From Candidatus Eiseniibacteriota bacterium (GTDB taxonomy: Bacteria > Eisenbacteria > RBG-16-71-46 > CAIMUX01 > VGJL01): DNA of 64,000 nucleotides. Positions 27,711 through 36,297 of the stretch are shown one piece after another. The DNA lies in contig JBHGAY010000027.1 of NCBI GenBank assembly GCA_041946735.1, forward strand, positions 1-64,000. The letters are read 5' to 3'. The stretch's first letter is position 1. Each line of letters starts with the position of its first letter. The translations under genes were made by a program, and so were the position numbers. The notes under the pieces are model-generated. The model ran no database searches. It had not been told where the DNA came from and saw nothing but the letters and a program-made list of their open reading frames with translations.

Positions 27711-29939
27711 ATGCACGTGCTCCAGTCGACTCCTCGGCAGTTCGTTCGCCGTACAATCGCGCGTCGCCACCCGGCAGCGTCTCCCCTCGCTCGCCGCGCC
27801 GCGCTCGCCTGCCTGCTCCTGCTCGCTTCGCTGGCGTGCCTGACGCCCGTCGCAAAGGCACAGCAGCAGTACAGGCTCGGCCTCGAGATTCGAGACGATC
27901 AGGGCGAGGTCTCGCCCGCCCGCGTTCGGATCTACGGCGCCGACCAGCACTGCCATCCCGAAAGCCTCGACGCCGATCGGATGACACACGCCGGACAGGC
28001 CGGCTACTACTTCTACGCGAACGGCAGCGCCTGGGTGAACGTTCCGGGCGGCCCGACGCGCATCACGGTCGGTCGCGGGTTCGAATACAAGGCGGTCGAC
28101 ACGTTCCTGTACGTGAATCGTGACACGACGCTGCAGGTCACGCTCTCTCGCTGGGTCGATCTCGGAGCCGAGGGCTGGTTCTCCTCCGACCTGCACGCAC
28201 ACACACAGCATCCTCCTGTCGACTACGAGATCGACCCCGCCGTGGCGAAGTGGGTGACGCGCGCCGAGGGCATTTCGATCCTTCATTCGCTGGACAATTC
28301 CTATCAGTTCACCGGCGCCCCGCATCCGCTCTCCGACACGGAGACGATCCTCTACTACACCGTCGAGTACCGGAATCAGTCCTACGGGCACGTACCGATC
28401 CCCGGACTGCGGCAATACATTTTCCCGGACTGCTGCCTTCCGCCGGAGCCGGCCTATCCGATGATCCTCGACATACGCAATCAGGTCGTTCCCGGCTTGG
28501 CTCCGATGATCGTTCTGACCCACCCCCATTCCACCGACGACTACTTCTACGACGAGGGCTGGCCTGGGGCGGGACTCGGCCGGGAGTTGCCGGTCCTCGC
28601 GGCGCTCGGCGGGCTCGATGCGCTCGACGTCGTCTCCTATGGCAACAATCCGTTCGAGGACTGGAAGGATTGGTATGACGTCCTCTCGTGCGGGATCTTC
28701 TGCCCTCCCTCCGCGGGCACCGACGCGCGGCCGCAGAGCTACACAATGCCGCCGATCGGAGGCTGGCGCGTCTACTCGCGCGTCCCGCCGGGGACCGGCC
28801 TCGACTACAACGCGTGGATCGAGGCGTACAAGGCGGGGCGGAGCTTCGTCACGAACTATCCCCTGATTCCCGAATTCACGATCGACGGCATCGCCCCGGG
28901 CGATTCCGCCATCCGTGTCGACGCCGAGTCTTTTCAGCCGACCGTTCGCGTGCGCGCCCTCTGCCCGATCGGTCTCACGCGGATCATCCTCCAGGCCGAC
29001 GGCCAGCCGGTGTGGACCGGCAATGTCGCGTCGCTGCCGGTGCGGACCGTCGTCGACACGACCTTCACCGTCGAGCTGCCGACGCCGGGATGGATGAACG
29101 TGGTCGTCTTCGGGCGTGCGGGGAATCCGCACGCCGCGCTCGGTACGCCCCAGGCGCAGACCTCCGCGGTGATGATCCATAAGAACGGCGTCCCGAAGAT
29201 GTCGACCGCCGCCGCCGGCCGCTTCCTCGACGACCTGACGAACCTCCGCACCTTCGTCATCGATCGCGGAGGCTGGCACGCAATGTGGGAACGCGACACG
29301 GTCCTGGCGCGGATCTCGCGCTCGGAGCGCTTCTACCGCCGCGCCTTCGTGATCCCGCCCGGTCCATTCGCGCTGCTCGAGCCCGGCGAAGGGGACACGC
29401 TCTACGTCGGAGATGCCGTCCTCACATGGGAAGCGGCGACCGACCCGGAGCCGGGCGACACGATCAGCTACACCGTGACCTTCGCTCAGGACTCGCTCTT
29501 CACGCATCCGATCTTCCGCAAAGTGCCGTCGACCTCGATCGACATCGGCCCGCTTCTGATGCCCGGCACCTACTTCTGGTACGTGGCAGCGGTCGATCGC
29601 AACGGAAACACGACGATTTCCGATCCCCCGCGATCGCGCTTCGTACTCTTGATGCCCAACTCGGCGATCGGCGACGGCTCCGGCCTCGCCGCGGCCCGCC
29701 CGCGCGCGTGGCCGAACCCGAGCCTCGGCGCGGTACACCTCGCGGGCTTCCCGGCGGATCGAGCGGCGATCTTCGACGTCACGGGGCGACGCGTCGCATG
29801 GCTCGGGCGCGGGATCCGGCGCAACGGCCTCAATCTGCTCTGGGATGGCACGATCGAGGGAGGCCACCGCGCACCGCCCGGAATCTACTGGGCGCGCGGC
29901 CGCGGCGATCGGCCGCTCCGTCTGATTCAGCTGCGCTGA
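27711..29939 (+). CDS. Secreted CehA/McbA-like PHP-fold metallohydrolase with FlgD/T9SS-like CTD
   Basis: Signal peptide, RGFEY, DLHAHT, THPH, AGTD, GRSFVTN. Tail WPNPS...FDVTGRRV...WDG...PGIYW. Confidence 0.75.
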   Translation: MHVLQSTPRQFVRRTIARRHPAASPLARRAALACLLLLASLACLTPVAKAQQQYRLGLEIRDDQGEVSPARVRIYGADQHCHPESLDADRMTHAGQAGYYFYANGSAWVNVPGGPTRITVGRGFEYKAVDTFLYVNRDTTLQVTLSRWVDLGAEGWFSSDLHAHTQHPPVDYEIDPAVAKWVTRAEGISILHSLDNSYQFTGAPHPLSDTETILYYTVEYRNQSYGHVPIPGLRQYIFPDCCLPPEPAYPMILDIRNQVVPGLAPMIVLTHPHSTDDYFYDEGWPGAGLGRELPVLAALGGLDALDVVSYGNNPFEDWKDWYDVLSCGIFCPPSAGTDARPQSYTMPPIGGWRVYSRVPPGTGLDYNAWIEAYKAGRSFVTNYPLIPEFTIDGIAPGDSAIRVDAESFQPTVRVRALCPIGLTRIILQADGQPVWTGNVASLPVRTVVDTTFTVELPTPGWMNVVVFGRAGNPHAALGTPQAQTSAVMIHKNGVPKMSTAAAGRFLDDLTNLRTFVIDRGGWHAMWERDTVLARISRSERFYRRAFVIPPGPFALLEPGEGDTLYVGDAVLTWEAATDPEPGDTISYTVTFAQDSLFTHPIFRKVPSTSIDIGPLLMPGTYFWYVAAVDRNGNTTISDPPRSRFVLLMPNSAIGDGSGLAAARPRAWPNPSLGAVHLAGFPADRAAIFDVTGRRVAWLGRGIRRNGLNLLWDGTIEGGHRAPPGIYWARGRGDRPLRLIQLR

Positions 29940-30088
29940 TCGCAGAGCGATCCCCGTTTCCCCTTCCCTCACGATTCTGACCTGCGGCGCGCGACGGCAC
30001 CAGGCGACCGGCCGGTCTTTCTTCGCTCCTCGGCGATCGTCGGACTGGAACCGTCCCGACCGATCCGCCATCATCTGCCCAGGAGGAA

Positions 30089-31255
30089 ATGGCGATGGTC
30101 GATTCCGGCGAGGATCTCGCCGCGAGGATCGAGAGCATGCGATCGGCGTGCGATCGCGATCCCGTGAATCCGGAGAACTGGGCAGAGCTGGGCGCGCTCC
30201 ACATGGAAGCGGGGGAGAACGACAGGGCCAGAGAGGCGTTCGAGCGTTTGAAGTCGCTGCGCCCGGATGCCGCCACGTTCGGGCTGATCGGCGATCTCGC
30301 TCTGGAGCGGCAGGACCCGCGCGGCGCGATCGAGGCGTACGAGCAGGCGCATCGACTGGACCGGACGGACGCTTCGATCGCGGGAGCGCTGGCCGAGGCG
30401 TACATGGAGGCCGGGCGAACGGACGACGCGAGGCGGATGCTGGAGCTGGCCTCGAAGCTCGCCCCGGAGGATGGCCAATACCTCCATGCCCTCGCCGGGC
30501 TCGCGCTCGAGCGCTGTGACTACGCGGATCTGCTCGAGTTGGGAATCCGCCTGCGCGAAGTCGATCCCGAGGACGAGGTATCCCCTGCCTACCTCGAGGC
30601 GGAAGCGATGATGGGCCTCGGAGAGGTGGAGACCGCGGCGCGGATGTACCGGAACATCGCCGAAATGGAGCCGGACCTGATGCCGGTCCGGCTGAGCCTC
30701 GCTCAGGCCTATCTGGTGATGGACGACCTGGCGGCTGCCGAGCGCGAGTTGGTCGAGGCGTCGAAGATCTGGCCCGAAAGCGCCGAGATCCACGGCAGTC
30801 TCGGCCGCATCTACCTCTTGGAGGAGGACTCAGAGCGGGCGAAGGACTGCTTCGCGGAATCGATCCGTCTCGGTCCTCCGTCCCCGTGGATCTACAGCCT
30901 GCTCGCAGGCTGCCATCTCGATGCGGGCGAGATGGACCGCGCGCGCGAGGTGGCGCAGCAGGGGCTGCAGCGCTTCCCGGATCATTCGGCGTGCTCGGTC
31001 ATCCTATCGAAGATCGAGATCGAGGCGGGCAATCCCGCGGCCGCCGCGGAGCACGCGAACCGGGCGATCGCTGCGAACCCGAAAGACCACCATGCGCATC
31101 TCTCGCTGGCCGCGGCGCAGATCGATCTGGAGTCGGATCCGCAGACGGTGCTGGGGACGCTCGACCGCGCCGTCTCGCTCGTCGAAGACGAAGAAGAGCG
31201 CGAGCAGGTCCTGCGTCTGCGCCAGCACTATCTCGACGTGATCGGAGAGCGGTAG
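30089..31255 (+). CDS. Tetratricopeptide repeat protein
   Basis: Repeated TPR helices (W..LG..., A...YE.A..LD.). AGGAGG RBS. Confidence 0.85.
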   Translation: MAMVDSGEDLAARIESMRSACDRDPVNPENWAELGALHMEAGENDRAREAFERLKSLRPDAATFGLIGDLALERQDPRGAIEAYEQAHRLDRTDASIAGALAEAYMEAGRTDDARRMLELASKLAPEDGQYLHALAGLALERCDYADLLELGIRLREVDPEDEVSPAYLEAEAMMGLGEVETAARMYRNIAEMEPDLMPVRLSLAQAYLVMDDLAAAERELVEASKIWPESAEIHGSLGRIYLLEEDSERAKDCFAESIRLGPPSPWIYSLLAGCHLDAGEMDRAREVAQQGLQRFPDHSACSVILSKIEIEAGNPAAAAEHANRAIAANPKDHHAHLSLAAAQIDLESDPQTVLGTLDRAVSLVEDEEEREQVLRLRQHYLDVIGER

Positions 31256-31266
31256 CAGCCCGGGCG

Positions 31267-34008
31267 CTACGGCGAGACGACCGTGAGCACCGCGGTCGCA
31301 GTCCGTCCCACCGGTCCCGCCTCGCGAACACGCGCGTAGTACGCGCCGGCCGCCACCCGATTCCCTGACTCATCGCGCAGATTCCAGGTCGGTAGCTGCC
31401 CCGTGCCTACGGGCGCTTCGCCCCGCCATACGCGGCGTCCGGAAACGGTGAACACCTCGACCACGCCTCCACTCTGCGATCCGGCCGCGCCCGTCCACGC
31501 GAATGCGACGCGATCGCTCGCCGGATTCGGCGAGAGGCGGAGCTGAAGCGCGCCGGCGCCTGCGCCTGCGCCGCCACCCGCCAGGGTCTCCGGGACAGCC
31601 GAAGGCTGATCGACGTCGTAGGAGAAGAAGCTCCGGCCGTACGTGCCGGCCACGAGCACGCGCTCGACCGCCTCGAAGGCGAGGCAGGTCACGACGACGT
31701 TGGGAAGGTCCCCGCCGAGCATCACCCAGTTCGCCCCGCCATCGAGAGTCTCGAAGACGCCGACGTCGGTCGCGACGAAGAGGCGCTGCGGATCGGCCGG
31801 ATCGACCACGAGGTCGTTCGCCGGCGCCTCGGGCAGGTTCGAGGCGATCGGGCTCCAGTTCGCTCCGAGGTCGGTCGTCCGGAAGACGTGCGGGAGCGGC
31901 TCGTTCCAGCGGAAACCGGAGATCGTCACGTAGGCCGTATCGCGAGCGTGCGGGCTCGTGCGGACCGAGGTGATCCAGCGATCGGGCAGCGCGCCCGAGA
32001 CGTCGGTCCACGCGCCGCCGCCGTTGGTCGTGACGCTCACGTGGCCATCATCGCTTCCCGCCCAGACGACGTTGCCATCGAGCGGCGAGCTTTCGATCGT
32101 CGTCACCGTCCCGTAGACATTGCCCTGGCTGCCACCGCCGGCGCCGCCGGTCAGATCGCCGCTGATCGCGGTCCAGCTCGTGCCGTTCGTCGAGCGATAG
32201 ACTTTCTGCGTCCCGTAGAACATGCGATTCGGGTCGCTGCGATCGAAGGCGACCGGCGTGTTCCAGTTGTGGCGGTCGTTGTAGGAGATCCCGTTCGTGG
32301 CGCCGACCCAATAGCCGCCGCCGTTGGAGGAGTAGCTGAGAGAGCCGTACTGGTATTGCGCCCAGATACGGTTGCCGTTCTGCGGGTGGACAAGCGGTTG
32401 GAAGCCGTCCCCGCCGTAGATCATCTGCCAGTCGTTCAGGCCGCCGCTCAGCGTGCGGAGCGTCCCGTTGTCCTGCGCCCCTGCATAGAGCGCGCCGGGA
32501 TGGCTCGGATCGAGCGCCACGCGGTAGATCTGCGTGATCGGCTGATCGGGCAGCAGCGTCCAGGCGGATCCCCCGTTCGTCGAGCGATAGACGCCGCCGT
32601 CGTTCCCTTCGTAGATCACCGGATTGGGGACGGGGCCGAAGGCGAGGGCATGATGGTCGACGTGCATCCCGCCGCTCGTCTCCGACCAGGAGGTGCCGCC
32701 GTTCGTCGAGCGGTAAAAGTCGAGTCCGAGGACGAAGATCTTGTTCGGATCGGCCGGGTCGATCCGGACGTTGCCGAACCACCAGCCATAGGAAGCGAAC
32801 ACGCCGGAGAGCGCGCCGTCATTGGCGCGAGTCCAGGTCGCGCCTCCGTCCGTGGTGCGGTAGAGGCCGTCGTAGTAGCCGGTCTTGTCCGCGTAGACGG
32901 CGCACATCACGTTGGGCTGGGACTCGCAGATCGCGAGGCCGATCCGGCCGCGATTCGTGGACGGGGCCGGGAGACCGCCGGAAACCGGCGCCCACGTATC
33001 TCCGCCGTCGGTCGAGCGGTACACGCCGCAGGTGATCCCACCATAGTGGTACGCGCGAGGACGGCGGATCCGCTCCCACATCGCCGCGAAGATCGTGCGC
33101 GGCTGATCCGGACGGAGGATCAGGTCGACGGCGCCGGTCGAGTCCGAGACGAAGAGCACCCTCTCCCAGGTCGTCCCCCCGTCTGTCGTGCGGAAGACGC
33201 CGCGCTCCTCGCTCGTGGACCACAGGTTGCCCATCGCCGCGACATACATCCGGCGGGGATCGGTCGGATCGATCCGGATTCTCCCGATCGATCCCGACCC
33301 CTCGAGGCCGATCCCCTGCCAGGTGTCGCCGGAATCCGTGGACCGGAAGATGCCCGAACCGCCATAGGCGACGCTGCCGCCGCCCGGGTTGACCTCGCCC
33401 GTTCCCGCATAGACCGTCGCCGGTGTCAGCGGATCGAGGGCGACTGCGCCGACGGAGATGCAGGACTCCTCATCGAAGAGCGGGGTCCAGTGCTGGCCCG
33501 AGTCGGTCGTGCGCAACACGCCTCCCTCGGCCGCGCCCATGTAGACGATCGCCGGATTCGACGGATGGACCGCGAGATCGGTGACGCGTCCCGCGATGTT
33601 CGTCGGACCGCGGAAGGTCCAGGTCCCGCGATCCTTCCCGAACGCCCGCGCCTCGTCACGCAGGCGCCGCGCCTCGATCTGCGCTTCGACCCAGACGTCG
33701 TGCGGGATCCGGCCGAACGGATACGCGCGCTCGAGGAAGAACCACGGGTTCGGCGACTTCGGCGCGAGCGCATCGCCCGCGCGCTGGGAGATCGGCTTGC
33801 TGCGCGCCGCGCTCGGGACGCCGCTCTGCTCCTGTCCCTCGGAGGAACCCGGCACCTCGGGCCGGGTCCCGGCTGCCACGTCCGGTCGTGACGCTGGAGG
33901 CGGTGCAGCCTGCCGGTGAGAAGGAACGAGAAGCACTGCGAGGAGAAGCAGAGCGACGAAGCCGGCGGCGAGCCCGGCTCTGAGGAGCGCGGATCGAGAG
34001 AGATTCAT
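31267..34008 (-). CDS. Secreted BNR/VPS10-like beta-propeller protein with FlgD/T9SS-like CTD
   Basis: Many S/T-x-D/N-GG-x-W Asp-boxes, GPTNIAGRV, HVDHH, GAQDNG, GGDG, GTYGRS. Tail SPNP...VSGRRV...AGAYYARV. Confidence 0.85.
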   Translation of the reverse strand: MNLSRSALLRAGLAAGFVALLLLAVLLVPSHRQAAPPPASRPDVAAGTRPEVPGSSEGQEQSGVPSAARSKPISQRAGDALAPKSPNPWFFLERAYPFGRIPHDVWVEAQIEARRLRDEARAFGKDRGTWTFRGPTNIAGRVTDLAVHPSNPAIVYMGAAEGGVLRTTDSGQHWTPLFDEESCISVGAVALDPLTPATVYAGTGEVNPGGGSVAYGGSGIFRSTDSGDTWQGIGLEGSGSIGRIRIDPTDPRRMYVAAMGNLWSTSEERGVFRTTDGGTTWERVLFVSDSTGAVDLILRPDQPRTIFAAMWERIRRPRAYHYGGITCGVYRSTDGGDTWAPVSGGLPAPSTNRGRIGLAICESQPNVMCAVYADKTGYYDGLYRTTDGGATWTRANDGALSGVFASYGWWFGNVRIDPADPNKIFVLGLDFYRSTNGGTSWSETSGGMHVDHHALAFGPVPNPVIYEGNDGGVYRSTNGGSAWTLLPDQPITQIYRVALDPSHPGALYAGAQDNGTLRTLSGGLNDWQMIYGGDGFQPLVHPQNGNRIWAQYQYGSLSYSSNGGGYWVGATNGISYNDRHNWNTPVAFDRSDPNRMFYGTQKVYRSTNGTSWTAISGDLTGGAGGGSQGNVYGTVTTIESSPLDGNVVWAGSDDGHVSVTTNGGGAWTDVSGALPDRWITSVRTSPHARDTAYVTISGFRWNEPLPHVFRTTDLGANWSPIASNLPEAPANDLVVDPADPQRLFVATDVGVFETLDGGANWVMLGGDLPNVVVTCLAFEAVERVLVAGTYGRSFFSYDVDQPSAVPETLAGGGAGAGAGALQLRLSPNPASDRVAFAWTGAAGSQSGGVVEVFTVSGRRVWRGEAPVGTGQLPTWNLRDESGNRVAAGAYYARVREAGPVGRTATAVLTVVSP

Positions 34009-34187
34009 GCGACCGGCCTCCGAGGATTGTGGTCCCGTGGATCCATATCGTCGTGCGGTTGCGCCGCCCGGCGGTCGTCGATCCACGCACGAGGATCGAC
34101 GTCGCGAGGGAGACGTCGCGAGGGAATTGTAGGGAGTCGCGCTCGCATCGGCAAGCGCGCGAGCATGCGCGCGAACGCCAAGGCGCG

Positions 34188-36110
34188 CTAGCGCGTCAGC
34201 ACCAACCGCCGCTCCGCGCCCCTGCCGCCCGCCTCCAGCCTGGCGAGGTAGACCCCCGATCCGACCCGACGGCCTCGATCGTCACGGCCGTCCCAGAAGG
34301 CGACATGCTCTCCGGCAGGCGCGTAGGCGCGGGATTCGATCCGCCGGACGAGGCGTCCCGAAACCGAGTAGATCGCCAGTTCGACGGGAGCGGCCGAATC
34401 CAGGAAGTACCGGAGCGTGGTCTCCCCGGAGAACGGGTTCGGGCGCGCGGGCAGGATCCGCGCGATCGGCCGCGCCGCCGCCTGCTCCTCCTCTGCGCCC
34501 GAGGACGCGCGAATCCAGCCGAGGGCGGCCTCCACGACCGTGTCCACACCTCGCGCGGCGTCGTCGCGGGTCAGCCACACCTCCTCGTCGATCGGGAACT
34601 CGTCGTGCGTCAAGTGATGGGAGATCTCCCCGACCGGATATCCCTCGTATCGCGCATAGCGCATGTACCAGGGCGCGGGCGGCGGGGGATCGGTCGAGAA
34701 GGGAAGGTTGAACGCCGAGCACGACGGGCGTCCGAAGACGCGAACCTTCGGGTGGAAGGTGAGCATGTACGGGCCGACGTCTCCCGCGCTCACCGCTCCC
34801 GGTCCGGTGAGCACGGCGATCGGCTTGCGGTATCCCCGGTCCGGATCTCCGTGGATCCGCATCCGTTCCGGCCCGTAGGCGGAGGCGGGGCAAATCGGCT
34901 CGTGATCCTCGGGGCTACATCGTGCTCCGAAGGCGATCGTGTAGACGTCCTCGTAGAAGAGGCGCTCGAAGGCGGGAAGGTAGAAGTCGAGCGTCCCCCC
35001 GTAGTTCAGGCGGAAGTCGAGGATCAAGCCGCTCGTGTCATAGAACGTCATCAGCGAGTCGACGGCGTTGTAGAACTGCTGCTCGAAGTCGTAGCGCAGC
35101 TTGTACAAGTAGATGTAACCGACGTCGGTCCCTTCGACGATCCCCCAGCTCACCGTGTCGTTCGTTTCGAGGTCGGGCTTCGACACCCCGGGGACGTCGA
35201 GCTGCTCCGAGCAGAAGAGGCTCATCTGCCGTCCGATCAGGGGGTCGACCGAAAGGTGCAGCGTGTCGTTCGTCGCGTACTTCACGACATCGATCGTGTC
35301 GAAGAGGTGCCAGTTCATGCCCGCGCTCATCATCCAGCAGTGCCGGATCGCCGAAGGAGAGCTGCCCGACCGCCCGTAGGCGATCGGCAGCTGCGCCTCG
35401 ACGAGCTGCGGGTAGATCCGTCCCCAGGGGATTCCGTCGTATCCGAGAACGAGATCGCCCGGCACGAGGCCCAGAGGATGGTCCGGGACCGCCGAGTAGA
35501 CGAGCAGAGAGCTGTCGGGAAGCGGGGTCAGTCCGGCGCCAAAGTGACCGTTCTCCCCGTAGGTCCCGGTGAGCAGCAGCGGGACGCCGGGGAGAAGAGG
35601 CGTGGACTGGTTCAGTTCCGAGTCGAACGCCATCGTGTGCGATTCCTGCAAGGCGAGCGAGAGGTGGTTCAGGATCGCCGCGAAGCGCCCGCGACTCACG
35701 TCGCCCGCGATCTCCGGAAGGTAGCGATCGTGCAGCGCCTGCCAGTCGACGTCGATCCCCTCGAAGCAGGCGAACCTGCGATCGACCTCCGACCAGAACG
35801 ACTCGAAGAGCGCGATCCGCTCCGCCGGCGTCATCGGGCTCTCTCCCCAGGTGGAATCGATCACCGCCGCCCAGTCCACTCGCCGGAAGTCGCCTCGTCG
35901 CCGCGCCTCGATCCCTTGGATCGGCTGCAGAAGATCCCGATTCGAGGGGTCGAAGCGGGAAGGAGGCCCGTCGAGCGTGAACGGCTCCGGCCGATGGTCC
36001 GTGGAGACCGATGTCGAGAGGGGAGGGAAAGCGGCGGCGCGGGGGGCGGGGATCAGCAGCAGCAGCACCAAGAACAGCAGGACGGAGAGCAGTAGACGTC
36101 GTGAAGTCAT
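34188..36110 (-). CDS. Secreted S41-family peptidase with FlgD/T9SS-like CTD
   Basis: Signal peptide, VGYIYL, LILDFRLNYGG, IAVLTGPGAVSAGD. Tail PNPFSGETTLRY...WDGRDDRGRRVGSGVYLARL. Confidence 0.85.
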   Translation of the reverse strand: MTSRRLLLSVLLFLVLLLLIPAPRAAAFPPLSTSVSTDHRPEPFTLDGPPSRFDPSNRDLLQPIQGIEARRRGDFRRVDWAAVIDSTWGESPMTPAERIALFESFWSEVDRRFACFEGIDVDWQALHDRYLPEIAGDVSRGRFAAILNHLSLALQESHTMAFDSELNQSTPLLPGVPLLLTGTYGENGHFGAGLTPLPDSSLLVYSAVPDHPLGLVPGDLVLGYDGIPWGRIYPQLVEAQLPIAYGRSGSSPSAIRHCWMMSAGMNWHLFDTIDVVKYATNDTLHLSVDPLIGRQMSLFCSEQLDVPGVSKPDLETNDTVSWGIVEGTDVGYIYLYKLRYDFEQQFYNAVDSLMTFYDTSGLILDFRLNYGGTLDFYLPAFERLFYEDVYTIAFGARCSPEDHEPICPASAYGPERMRIHGDPDRGYRKPIAVLTGPGAVSAGDVGPYMLTFHPKVRVFGRPSCSAFNLPFSTDPPPPAPWYMRYARYEGYPVGEISHHLTHDEFPIDEEVWLTRDDAARGVDTVVEAALGWIRASSGAEEEQAAARPIARILPARPNPFSGETTLRYFLDSAAPVELAIYSVSGRLVRRIESRAYAPAGEHVAFWDGRDDRGRRVGSGVYLARLEAGGRGAERRLVLTR

Positions 36111-36297
36111 CTCGATCCTCCGGCCCGCAATTGTAGCATCGTAGAAAGGCGGCGCGCACCTCGGGCTCGCGGCCTGCAGCTCGGCGGCCGCTCGATCCTT
36201 CCCGCCGCGCCCCGCGCCTTTCCCCGTGCAGCGGGCACCGGTCCTCGTGTACCATGGCCGCCCGGGATCCGACGAGGGCTTCCGGAGGCCCGATCGC

